Source: Gemmatimonadaceae bacterium
GTDB lineage: Bacteria > Gemmatimonadota > Gemmatimonadetes > Gemmatimonadales > Gemmatimonadaceae
Assembly (NCBI GenBank): GCA_036392315.1
Contig: DASVYG010000443.1
Coordinates: 8,474-72,473 of the forward strand
DNA length: 64,000 nucleotides
Direction: 5' to 3'
A model generated the notes under the pieces. That model did not search any database and was not told the origin of the DNA. It was given only the letters and a program-made list of their open reading frames with translations. Numbering within the stretch: position 1 is the first letter of the stretch; every line of letters begins with the position of its first letter. A program made the position numbers and the translations under genes. Below, piece by piece: positions 18,100 to 27,179 of the stretch.

Positions 18100-20016
18100 T
18101 CATTGCGGGAGGCTGAACGCCACCAGCTTCGCTCCCGTGGCCCCGCCGGTCGCGATCACGACGAACTGCTTGCCCGCCTTCGTGCGATACGTCATGGGCA
18201 CGGCGTATCCGTTCTGACCAAGATCGGCGGACCATAACGTCGCACCGTTCTGTACGTCGATCGCGTAGAGCGTCGCGCCGCCGCCGGTCACGAAGATGAG
18301 GCCGCCGGCAGTCACGATCGGCCCCGGTGCACCAGCAACGCCCACCGGTGGAAGATTCAAATTCTTCAATAGCGGGTGATTCCTAATGCCAGGCGTGTCA
18401 CCGAGGGTGACGTTCCACTTCGTGGCGCCCGTGTTGAGGTCGATGGCGACCAGAGTGCCGTACGGTGGCTTGTTGATCGGGAGGGGCGGAAGGCGTTGTC
18501 CGCTGTCACGCGGCGGCATCACGACGCGCAACGACTGCGCGGAGAGATCGGCCGTGTAGTCGGCGTCGAGCGTATCGCTGCGCACCGGCCGGATGATCTT
18601 GTACAGCGCCGGCTGATTGGTCGCTTTGATGTAGATCGTTCCCGTCGATGGATCGAACGCGCCACCGCCCCACCCCGCTCCCCCGATCGCGCCCGGCATC
18701 ACGATGGTTCCATCTACCGACGGTGGAGTGAATAGGGGTCCAACGCGGTAGTCTTTGATCGTTTCGAGTGCGCGCGCTTCGATCTCGGGTGTGAAGTTGA
18801 CCAGATCGTTGAAGCTGAAGCCTTGCTTCGCGAACGCCGCGGGCAGCGATGGAACCGGCTGGGATTGCGCAGCTTGCTCGCCAGGCACATCGCTCGCCGG
18901 CACCGCCCGCTCTTGGATCGGCCAGATGGGCGTTCCATTCACGCGGTCGAACACGAAGAGAAAACCGGTCTTCGTCGGGACGGCGACGATGTCGCGGCGA
19001 CGCCCGCCAACGGTTACCGTGCCGAGTACCGGGGCGGCGGGAAGATCATAATCCCAGAGTCCGTGGTGCACCGTCTGGAAGTACCACACGCGGTGGCCAT
19101 TGCGCGCGTCGAGACAGACGATGGACTCCGCGTAGAGATCGTTCCCTCTCCGCGCTCCGCCGTACCAATCGTTGCTCGGCGTGCTCACCGGCAAATAGAC
19201 CAAACCTCGCCGGTCGTCGACGCTGAATGGAGCCCAGACGTTGGCGTGGCCGGTCGTCTTCCATGAGTTGTCCTGCCAAGTCTCGGCTCCGTCGTCATCG
19301 GCGCGCCGGGGAACGGGGCTGAAGCTCCACACGCGCTTTCCAGATTTCACATCGAACGCCTGGACGTCGCCCGGTGGATCGTTCGGGTAAATGAGCTTGT
19401 CGGCGACGCCATTCCCCACAATGACGAGATTGCGCCACACGACGGGCGGCGACGTCTCGGTGTAGTGAAGCTTGTTGACCGCTTTGCCGTTGCGCGCAAG
19501 ATCCTTGGTGAGATCGACCACGCCGGTATCGCCGAAATCGTGAATCGGTTTCCCGGTCGAGGCATCGAGTGCAATCAGGCGCCAGCGGCTGTTCATGAAA
19601 ATCCGCCGCTGTCTTCCGTCGCTCCATGTGGCGACGCCGCGATGAACGAATCCCGTGCCGTTGGGCGGCTGACCCGCGAGGTACGCCTTGGGATCGTACG
19701 ACCAAAGCGGCTGGCCAGTGTTCGCGTCGAGCGCGACGACTCGGTTGTACGACGTGCTCAGAAAGAGCGTGTCGCCGATCATGAGCGGCGTCGCCTGAAA
19801 ATTCCCTGGACGGGTTCGCGGCTCGGTATTCGGCGTTTCGCCCGTCGCCCATTCCCAGGCTTTCGTCAGTTGGTTGACGTTGCCGCGATTGAGATCAGCG
19901 AGCGTCGAGTATTTGGTCGCGGCCAGGTCGCCGCCCCAAGCAGGCCACTCGTTTCCCGCTTGGGCGCCGGCGACACGTGCCAGCGCCGCGACCGCCAAGA
20001 GGAGCGTGGCTCTCAT
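18100..20016 (-). CDS. PQQ-dependent dehydrogenase (quinoprotein, 8-bladed propeller), secreted
   Basis: The signal peptide MRATLLLAVAALARVAGAQA starts at ATG 20016. NEWPAWGGDLAATKYS and repeated W-motif blades are typical of quinoprotein glucose/alcohol dehydrogenases. The 20133 start is rejected. Confidence 0.9.
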   Translation of the reverse strand: MRATLLLAVAALARVAGAQAGNEWPAWGGDLAATKYSTLADLNRGNVNQLTKAWEWATGETPNTEPRTRPGNFQATPLMIGDTLFLSTSYNRVVALDANTGQPLWSYDPKAYLAGQPPNGTGFVHRGVATWSDGRQRRIFMNSRWRLIALDASTGKPIHDFGDTGVVDLTKDLARNGKAVNKLHYTETSPPVVWRNLVIVGNGVADKLIYPNDPPGDVQAFDVKSGKRVWSFSPVPRRADDDGAETWQDNSWKTTGHANVWAPFSVDDRRGLVYLPVSTPSNDWYGGARRGNDLYAESIVCLDARNGHRVWYFQTVHHGLWDYDLPAAPVLGTVTVGGRRRDIVAVPTKTGFLFVFDRVNGTPIWPIQERAVPASDVPGEQAAQSQPVPSLPAAFAKQGFSFNDLVNFTPEIEARALETIKDYRVGPLFTPPSVDGTIVMPGAIGGAGWGGGAFDPSTGTIYIKATNQPALYKIIRPVRSDTLDADYTADLSAQSLRVVMPPRDSGQRLPPLPINKPPYGTLVAIDLNTGATKWNVTLGDTPGIRNHPLLKNLNLPPVGVAGAPGPIVTAGGLIFVTGGGATLYAIDVQNGATLWSADLGQNGYAVPMTYRTKAGKQFVVIATGGATGAKLVAFSLPQ

Positions 20017-20142
20017 TCGCGTCAATATGCCGCCGGGAGCGGCGGGCGGAAGAGTCGGATGATGTCCACGAAAAGACCTGGCCGGCGTTCCCCGAAGGTC
20101 GCGCCGGCCAGAACCACTCGTCCGCGTCCTCACGCTCGAACG

Positions 20143-20991
20143 CTACGGAGCGACGACAATCTCCTTCGCCATTCCGTGGACGAAGTGCGGCTTTCCGTCC
20201 TTCGCGTCGGGAATGAAGCACAGCAGCGCGTAATGGCCGGGCGTAAAGTCCGCCGTGATGAACATGTGCCGGCCCTTCGCCAAGCCCGACGCGCCACCCA
20301 TCATCACGATCGGCGGCGGTCCAGCCTGTCCCGCGCTCAGCCACGTAACGGCTTGCGCCAAGCTCTTGTCGGGCAATAGTCGCGCGATGACTGCTTCGTG
20401 GCTCTGCGCCGCGCGATTTTCGAACCGGATCGTGTGCTTACCCGGCGTGATCGGCTTGCTCAAGTCGAAGCTGTAATCGTCCATCATCATCGTGATATCA
20501 GCCGTCGGTTCGGCGGCGGCCACTGCGGGGCCGGTGACCGTCATCTCTTTGACCATTCCCTTCATGACGTGCAGCATGCCGTCGGGCGACGCGATCCAAC
20601 ACACCAGCATGTACGTGCCGGGCTCGAGGGTCATCGTTCCTTCGGCGGTTTCATTGCTGCCGGCGGTGTTCGGCCCGCCGACATCGACGGCCCATGCAGG
20701 CATCTTGAGCGCCGAGCCCCAAGCCTTCATCGCCTTGTTGAAATCAGCTGGCGTCTTGCCGCCCGTGAGCTGGACGATCCACAGGTGATGCGGCTCTTTC
20801 CCAAGGTTCTGCAGCCTGAACGTGGTCGTTCCCGCCGGAATCGACGCGGGTGCTTCGAAGCGGTAGTCGAACGCTTTGACGTTCACGACGTGCGGCGATC
20901 GTGTTCCAGCAGCCGGAGCCTGCGCGGCGCTCGGCGTGACCGCACCGCTCGCGAAGGCGAGCGCACCAGTCACTAGCAATGTCTTGATCAT
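20143..20991 (-). CDS. Tandem two-domain cupredoxin-like protein, secreted
   Basis: The signal peptide starts at MIKTLLVTGALAFASGA. An internal duplication pairs GTYMLVCWIASPDGMLHVMKGM with GHYALLCFIPDAKDGKPHFVHGM, each giving Cys..His..Met type-1 copper-like ligands. Upstream His residues are at EPHHLW and QSHEAV. Confidence 0.75.
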   Translation of the reverse strand: MIKTLLVTGALAFASGAVTPSAAQAPAAGTRSPHVVNVKAFDYRFEAPASIPAGTTTFRLQNLGKEPHHLWIVQLTGGKTPADFNKAMKAWGSALKMPAWAVDVGGPNTAGSNETAEGTMTLEPGTYMLVCWIASPDGMLHVMKGMVKEMTVTGPAVAAAEPTADITMMMDDYSFDLSKPITPGKHTIRFENRAAQSHEAVIARLLPDKSLAQAVTWLSAGQAGPPPIVMMGGASGLAKGRHMFITADFTPGHYALLCFIPDAKDGKPHFVHGMAKEIVVAP

Positions 20992-21188
20992 GTCGGAGCC
21001 CCCAGAGCTCGAGCGGTAGATTCTCGCGAGATAATAGAGCCTCATCTGTGTGAAGCTGCGGGGGATTCCCCTACAAGCAGTCCGGACTCTGCCGCGACTT
21101 TTGGGCGCCGGTCTCCTTTAGTGTTTCATAATCGACAGGTGTCGCCAACGCCGTCGAGCGCGTCCCAGCGTCCAGCCTGGCACGTCGC

Positions 21189-22232
21189 GTGCTTCCAGAG
21201 CGGCCTGTGCCTCTGCGTCTTGCGCTGGCTTGGCTCCATTTGCTCGCCCTTGGCGTTGGCTTGGGCGGTGTGTGGGGACGCGCCCGGGCGTTGCACGATT
21301 CATTGCGCGATCCCGTAGACGAGCGGGCGTTGAAGCGTGCGCTGGTTGCGGACACGTGGTGGGGCATCGCCGCCGTTGTGTGGTTGGTAACGGGCCTGTG
21401 GCGATTGTTGGCGAGCACCGAGAAGAGCACCTCGTACTACCTGTCCAACCACGCGTTCTACGCGAAGATGGGCATGTTCGTCGCCATCCTCGCGCTCGAA
21501 GTGTGGCCGATGGTGACACTCATTCGCTGGCGCACGGCAACGCGAGAGCCGAACACACGCGACGCCGGCAGGATCGAGGTCATCAGCTATGTCGAGTGCG
21601 CGCTCGTCATTGCCATGGTCTTCGCCGCCGCCGCGATGGCGCGAGGCTTCGGCATGAACACCGCGTCCTCACCCGTCGCGGTGACCGACTCGCTCACGGC
21701 ACTCGGCGATTCCTCCGCAGTGCCGTCGACCGAGCCGACGTCGGCGTCATCCACCCTGCCGGTGACGACGCCGTCCGATCTCGAGCTCGTGAGTCGCGAG
21801 TTGGCGATGCCCCTCACGGGAGTCGATCCAATGAAGCTGCATAGCAACTTCAATGCGCTGCGAGGTGGAACACGTCGTCACGAGGCACTCGACATCATGG
21901 CACCGCGACGAACGCCGGTGATGTCTGCCGCGTCGGGGCGCGTGCTCAAGCTCTTCACCAGTCGCAACGGCGGCCTGATGGTGTACGCCGCCGATTCGTC
22001 GGAGCGCTTCATTCTCATGTACGCGCACCTCGACAGCTACGCGCCGGGTCTGCACGACGGTGATGCGTTGACGCGTGGCCAACTCATTGGGTACGTCGGC
22101 TTCACCGGCGACGCGTCGCCCAACGCCCCTCATCTGCATTTCGCGATCGCGCGGAGCAACGACATCCGTCGCTGGTCCAAGGGTACGCCCGTGGATCCAC
22201 TGCCACTCCTCCAGGCAGCAGCGCATCACTGA
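21189..22232 (+). CDS. Membrane-anchored M23 family metallopeptidase
   Basis: An N-terminal 4-TM domain (DUF2214-like from memory, unverified) is followed by a Ser/Thr/Pro linker. The M23 motifs are HEALDIMAP.., MYAHLDSY and APHLHFAI. Confidence 0.85.
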   Translation: MLPERPVPLRLALAWLHLLALGVGLGGVWGRARALHDSLRDPVDERALKRALVADTWWGIAAVVWLVTGLWRLLASTEKSTSYYLSNHAFYAKMGMFVAILALEVWPMVTLIRWRTATREPNTRDAGRIEVISYVECALVIAMVFAAAAMARGFGMNTASSPVAVTDSLTALGDSSAVPSTEPTSASSTLPVTTPSDLELVSRELAMPLTGVDPMKLHSNFNALRGGTRRHEALDIMAPRRTPVMSAASGRVLKLFTSRNGGLMVYAADSSERFILMYAHLDSYAPGLHDGDALTRGQLIGYVGFTGDASPNAPHLHFAIARSNDIRRWSKGTPVDPLPLLQAAAHH

Positions 22233-22284
22233 CGGTTGACGCGGGACGTTCGCGGCGACAGCGTATCGCCTTCACCCTGGGGCG

Positions 22285-22860
22285 ATGCTTTCTATGGAAC
22301 GGCGTGACCTCCTCCGAGCATTCGGCGCCGCAACGGCGCTCGCGTTGCTTCCGCATGACACGATCGCCGCCTGGGCGCGAGTGGCGACCGGTCTTCGTCC
22401 ATCGGCCGGTCTGAGCGACGCGCAGCTTGCGCTCGTCGGCGCGATCGCCGATGTGATCATTCCGCGAACGGACACGCCGAGCGCAACGGATGTCGGAGTA
22501 CCCGCATTCGTCGACGTCGTCGTGTCGGAGAATTATGACGACGCCGAGCGCGCGGCATTTCTCGCCGGGCTCGACGCGTTCGATGCACAGGCGAAGAACG
22601 CGGGCGGCGCCGCATTCGCCGATCTCGCACCAGCCGCGCGCGCTTCGGCGATCGAAGCGATCGAGAGCGCCGGCGACCGCCGATCCGAACCGAATCGCAC
22701 TTACTGGCGACTCAAGGGTCTCATCGTGCACGGCTACTTCACGAGCGAGCCGGTGATGAAGAAGGTGCTCAAGGTCGAGATCATGCCAGGCAGGTTCGAG
22801 GGCGCCGCACCGATGCCGCCGAAAGCGGCGCGCATCGAAGGAGGACGGGCCCATGACTGA
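22285..22860 (+). CDS. Gluconate 2-dehydrogenase subunit 3-like small subunit (Tat signal)
   Basis: MERRDLLRAFGAATALALLP is a Tat signal. The 3' end overlaps the GMC gene by 8 nt. Confidence 0.8.
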   Translation: MLSMERRDLLRAFGAATALALLPHDTIAAWARVATGLRPSAGLSDAQLALVGAIADVIIPRTDTPSATDVGVPAFVDVVVSENYDDAERAAFLAGLDAFDAQAKNAGGAAFADLAPAARASAIEAIESAGDRRSEPNRTYWRLKGLIVHGYFTSEPVMKKVLKVEIMPGRFEGAAPMPPKAARIEGGRAHD

Positions 22861-24544
22861 GACGACGCACTACGACGCGATCGTGGTCGGCTCGGGAATC
22901 AGCGGCGGCTGGGCGGCGAAGGAGCTGACCGAGCACGGTCTCAAAACGCTCGTGCTCGAGGCGGGCGGTCTGGTTGATCCAAACACGGACTTCGTCGAGC
23001 ATGTGCAGCCGTGGGAGATGCATTTCCGCGGACTCGGCGATCGCAAGCAGCTCGAGCGCGACTACCCCGTGCAGCGTGGCTGCTATGCATGCGACGAGGT
23101 CGGCCACAAGTTCTTCGTGAAGGACGCGGAGAATCCGTACACGAATCCGGGCGACGCGCCGTTCAAGTGGTTTCGCGGGCGGCAGGTCGGCGGTCGCTCG
23201 ATCACGTGGGGCCGTCAGGTCTATCGGTGGAGCGATCTCGATTTCGAGGCGAACGCGAAAGATGGTCACGGCACCGACTGGCCGATTCGATACAAGGACA
23301 TCGCGCCGTGGTACACGTACGTCGAACGATTCATCGGCGTCACCGGCGCGCACGAAGGGCTCTCACAATTGCCCGACGGCGACTTCTTGCCGGCGATGGA
23401 GATGACCTGCGTCGAGGCGGACGCGCGGCCAAAGATTCTCAAAGCGTTCAACGGCGAGCGCGTGATGACGATCGGCCGCGCGGCCATTCTCACGAAGGCC
23501 CACAATGGTCGCTTGCCGTGTCATTATTGCGGTCCGTGCGAACGCGGATGCGTCACGCTCTCCTACTTCAACAGTCTCGGGTCCACGCTGCCTGCCGCGC
23601 GCAAGACGGGCAACCTCACGCTGCGGCCGAACAGCGTCGTCGCCGAGGTGCTGTACGATCCGAAACGCAGTCGAGCGCGCGGCGTTCGCGTGATCGACGC
23701 GCAGACGATGCAAGAGCACGAGTTCACCGCGCGTTTGGTCTTTCTCTGCGCCTCGACGATCGAGTCGGTTCGCTTGCTGCTCAACTCGAAGAGCGCGCGT
23801 TTCCCCGATGGCCTCGCGAATTCGAGCGGCACGCTCGGCCGATACGTGATGGATCATCACTACGGCTCCGGTGCGTCGGGAACGATGCCCGGCTTCACGG
23901 ACAAGCGGACGATCGGCCATCGCCCGAACGGCATCTACATCGCGCGATTCCGCAACGTGAAGACGCAGCACCCCGATTTCCTTCGCGGGTACGGAATGCA
24001 GGGAGGGTCCGGACGCTCGGGTTGGGGGCGCGGATCGAGCATGCCCGGCTACGGCGCGGCGTTCAAGCAATCGCTCATCGATGACCTCGGGCCGTGGTCC
24101 CTCTCGGCGTCTGGTTGGGGTGAGACGCTGCCGCACGAAGACAATCGCGTCACGCTCGACCCCGATGTGAAAGACAAGTGGGGCATTCCCGCCGCGCGCA
24201 TCGACGTGCGCTGGCGCGACAACGAACGCGCGATGGACAAGGACATGATGACGGCAATGGCCGAGATGCTCGACGCGGCGGGCTGCACCGACATCCGCCA
24301 GCACGGGTCGGACAATCCGCCGGGGCACTGCATTCATGAAATGGGTGGCGCTCGCATGAGCCGCACGGTCAACGAGGGCGTCGTGAACCGTTGGAACCAA
24401 GCGTGGGACGTGAAGAACCTCTTTCTCACCGACGGGTCGTGCATGGCGAGCACCGCGTGTCAGAACCCGAGTATCACGTACATGGCGTTGACCGCTCGCG
24501 CGACGGCGCACGCGGTGGCGGCGATGAAGCGAGGCGAAGTCTGA
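22853..24544 (+). CDS. GMC family FAD-dependent oxidoreductase
   Basis: GAAGGAGGA precedes the ATG. YDAIVVGSGISGGWAAKELTEHGLKTLVLEAG is the FAD-binding fold. The C-terminal region HEMGGARM...NLFLTDGS is the GMC active-site region. The protein has no signal peptide of its own. Confidence 0.9.
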   Translation: MTETTHYDAIVVGSGISGGWAAKELTEHGLKTLVLEAGGLVDPNTDFVEHVQPWEMHFRGLGDRKQLERDYPVQRGCYACDEVGHKFFVKDAENPYTNPGDAPFKWFRGRQVGGRSITWGRQVYRWSDLDFEANAKDGHGTDWPIRYKDIAPWYTYVERFIGVTGAHEGLSQLPDGDFLPAMEMTCVEADARPKILKAFNGERVMTIGRAAILTKAHNGRLPCHYCGPCERGCVTLSYFNSLGSTLPAARKTGNLTLRPNSVVAEVLYDPKRSRARGVRVIDAQTMQEHEFTARLVFLCASTIESVRLLLNSKSARFPDGLANSSGTLGRYVMDHHYGSGASGTMPGFTDKRTIGHRPNGIYIARFRNVKTQHPDFLRGYGMQGGSGRSGWGRGSSMPGYGAAFKQSLIDDLGPWSLSASGWGETLPHEDNRVTLDPDVKDKWGIPAARIDVRWRDNERAMDKDMMTAMAEMLDAAGCTDIRQHGSDNPPGHCIHEMGGARMSRTVNEGVVNRWNQAWDVKNLFLTDGSCMASTACQNPSITYMALTARATAHAVAAMKRGEV

Positions 24545-25401
24545 TGCGCGACATCACGCGGCGCGAAGCGGTCGGGACGCTCGGCACATTGGCTGCCGCC
24601 ACGACGCTCGCGCCGCGAGCGTTGCTCGCGCAGCCCGTGCGCTCCGCGTCGCGGCTCAAGCAATCGGTGTCGCGCTGGTGCTACGGACGCATCCCCCTCG
24701 ACGACTTGTGCGAGGCGGCGAAATCAATCGGCTATCGCGCCATCGATTTGCTCGATGAGGCGGACTGGCAGGTGCCGAAGAAACACGGGCTCGAGTGCAC
24801 GATGGCCAATGGTTTCGGCACGATCCCCGTCGGGTTCAATCGACCCGATCATCACGACAAGCTCGTCGCCGACGCCGAGGTCATGATTCCAAAGGCCGCG
24901 GCGGCCGGGGTGCCGAACATCGTCGTGTTCAGCGGCAACCGCGCCGGCCTCTCGGATGGCGAAGGCATCGCGAACTGCATCGCGGGTTTCAAGCGCGTGA
25001 CACCAACGGCCGAACACTACGGCGTCACGCTCTGTCTCGAGGTGCTCAACAGCAAGGTGGACCACAAGGACTACCAGGCGGATCACACGGCGTGGGCCGT
25101 GCAAGTAGTGCAAGGCGTCGGCTCACCGCGCCTCAAGCTGCTGTACGACATCTATCACATGCAGGTCATGGAAGGCAACGTGATCGCGACGATCCGCGCC
25201 AACGCTCAACACATCGCGCATTATCACACCGGTGGCGTCCCCGGTCGGGGCGAGATCGACGACACCCAGGAGCTCAATTACCGCACGGTGATGCAAGCGA
25301 TTGCCGATCTTGGATTCACGGGGTTCGTGGGGCAGGAGTTCGTGCCGAAGCGCGATCCGCTCACGTCGCTGAAGCAAGCGTATGAGATCTGTGACGTGTG
25401 A
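24544..25401 (+). CDS. Tat-exported sugar-phosphate isomerase/epimerase (xylose isomerase-like TIM barrel, hydroxypyruvate isomerase-like)
   Basis: The ATG overlaps the GMC stop (TGATG). The Tat signal is MRDITRREAVGTLGTLAAATTLAP. Motifs LEVLNSKVDHKDY, LYDIYHMQVMEGN and HYHTGGVPGRGEID are present. Confidence 0.9.
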   Translation: MRDITRREAVGTLGTLAAATTLAPRALLAQPVRSASRLKQSVSRWCYGRIPLDDLCEAAKSIGYRAIDLLDEADWQVPKKHGLECTMANGFGTIPVGFNRPDHHDKLVADAEVMIPKAAAAGVPNIVVFSGNRAGLSDGEGIANCIAGFKRVTPTAEHYGVTLCLEVLNSKVDHKDYQADHTAWAVQVVQGVGSPRLKLLYDIYHMQVMEGNVIATIRANAQHIAHYHTGGVPGRGEIDDTQELNYRTVMQAIADLGFTGFVGQEFVPKRDPLTSLKQAYEICDV

Positions 25402-25421
25402 GTGGGCCGGGCGGCGGCGCG

Positions 25422-26570
25422 CTATCTCGCCGGCAACAGTGACGTGCCTACGTCGCCCACGCAGGACAACGGTGTCGCCGGCCGCGCGTCACTGGAACAC
25501 GGGGGCGCTCCGTTGATGAACGCGTCGACCCAGTCGCGGAGTCTGACGCCGTCGACCGACGTCGTGTAGAACTCGGGCCGCCAAATGATCGTGTGCGTCA
25601 CACCAGGAATCGTGTAGCTCCGGAATGACGGCAGCGCACGCTTGATCTCGGCGAAGTTCCGGGCCAAGAGGACTGGAACCGCGGGCGACGATCGGTCGGC
25701 CAGGCGAAGAAAATACGTCTGCGTCGAATCGTCTGCGCTGTTGATTTGCGCGAACGAAATGCGCGACGACGAGCGCGCCGCCAGACCGTAGAGCGCAGAA
25801 TACGTCAAGGTCGCCGAATCGATGGCCGGCAACACGTTGAGTGCGCGAAGAGCGGGCAGTCCTCGCCAAGACGTTGTAATTCCAGAGGCGTTCCCGTACG
25901 ACCCCGAACCGTCGCCGAGCTGGACGACCCGCGCGCGCGGATAGTGCTTCGACACCGCGGCCGCGTAGACGGGCGTCGGAACGGATCCCGCACTCACGCC
26001 CGTGACGAAAATCGTCTGCGGCGATGGCACGTGGGCGTACACCCAATCGAGCGCGACCATCGCATTCGCGACGCCGTTGTAGTGGATCTCGAATAGATGC
26101 GCCGAATCCGGCGGCATGGCCGGAACGTCGAACGCGACTGTGCGCGCTCCGAGATGAAGATCGGCCGTGCAGTACGGCACGAACACTTTGGTATAGCCGC
26201 GAGTGGGGTTCTCTGGATTTGTCGGATCCAGGATCCCGGTTCGATACGGCCGCTCCTGCTGGCCTACGACCGGCTTGTAGTTGTGTGTCTTGCTCCGCGG
26301 GTCGCAGGTCGCAGCGTCCCAACACACGCCCCCACCCTGGAAGAAGATCATCACCTTCCGTGGATCGCCCACCTCCACGAAGAACGCGTACGGCGTCCCG
26401 AGCGCACACGTCGTATGCGGACCGCCGGGAATCCGATTCCACCCGGGCACGAGCGACCCAACCGATGCGAGCGGCGCCGCCGACTGGCCCGCTGGACGCG
26501 CCCGGCCGCACGAGGCGAGGACGACGATGGCGAAAGCCGCCGACCAGCGATGCCGGATCGACGCGGTCAT
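25422..26570 (-). CDS. Secreted alpha/beta hydrolase, pectin acetylesterase/Notum-like
   Basis: Signal peptide plus lipobox (VLASC), FFQGGGVCWDAATC, and nucleophile elbow GVSAG. The start shares one nucleotide with the msrB stop (TAATG). Confidence 0.7.
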   Translation of the reverse strand: MTASIRHRWSAAFAIVVLASCGRARPAGQSAAPLASVGSLVPGWNRIPGGPHTTCALGTPYAFFVEVGDPRKVMIFFQGGGVCWDAATCDPRSKTHNYKPVVGQQERPYRTGILDPTNPENPTRGYTKVFVPYCTADLHLGARTVAFDVPAMPPDSAHLFEIHYNGVANAMVALDWVYAHVPSPQTIFVTGVSAGSVPTPVYAAAVSKHYPRARVVQLGDGSGSYGNASGITTSWRGLPALRALNVLPAIDSATLTYSALYGLAARSSSRISFAQINSADDSTQTYFLRLADRSSPAVPVLLARNFAEIKRALPSFRSYTIPGVTHTIIWRPEFYTTSVDGVRLRDWVDAFINGAPPCSSDARPATPLSCVGDVGTSLLPAR

Positions 26571-27100
26571 TAGAATTTTACAAATCGGAGCGCCACTGAA
26601 TCGATGCAGTACCGCAAGCCGGTCGGGCGCGGGCCGTCATCGAACAGGTCGCCAAGGTGCGCGTCGCAGCGCGTGCACGTCACTTCGCTGTTGGTGTACC
26701 CGCCGCTCGGCTTTCCATGCCGCACATTCTCCTCGGCGATCGGTTGCCAGAAGCTCGGCCATCCCGTTCCCGAATCGAACTTCGCGGCCGAGCTGAAGAG
26801 TGCGGTGTCGCAGCACACGCACCGGAACAAGCCCTTGTCGTGAAGGTTCCAATACGCACCCGTGAACGCGCGCTCGGTGCCGGCCTGGCGAGTGATTTCG
26901 TAGGCGAGCGGCGAGAGTTGCTTCCGCCAATCACCTTCCGGCTTGACCACCTTCGGAACGCGAACGCTTCCCTGCCGCTCTCCGGCATCAGAGAACTGAA
27001 CGATGAGGACGTCGACCGGCGGAAGGGCGAACAGGCGATGCGGCCGCGACGCGGCGGCAGCCGCCGCGACGACCACGAACTCTCGGCGGGTGAGATGCAT
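26570..27100 (-). CDS. msrB: Peptide-methionine (R)-S-oxide reductase MsrB with Tat-type signal
   Basis: MHLTRREFVVVAAAAAAS is a Tat-like signal. Zn ligands are CVCC and CTRC. GTGWPSF and the catalytic RYCIDS are present. Confidence 0.9.
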   Translation of the reverse strand: MHLTRREFVVVAAAAAASRPHRLFALPPVDVLIVQFSDAGERQGSVRVPKVVKPEGDWRKQLSPLAYEITRQAGTERAFTGAYWNLHDKGLFRCVCCDTALFSSAAKFDSGTGWPSFWQPIAEENVRHGKPSGGYTNSEVTCTRCDAHLGDLFDDGPRPTGLRYCIDSVALRFVKF

Positions 27101-27179
27101 GGCGATGTCCCGGAGTCGGTAACGCGATTAATGGAACCCTACAGGAACATATACGACAACGCTGCTCGTGGAGCGCTCA

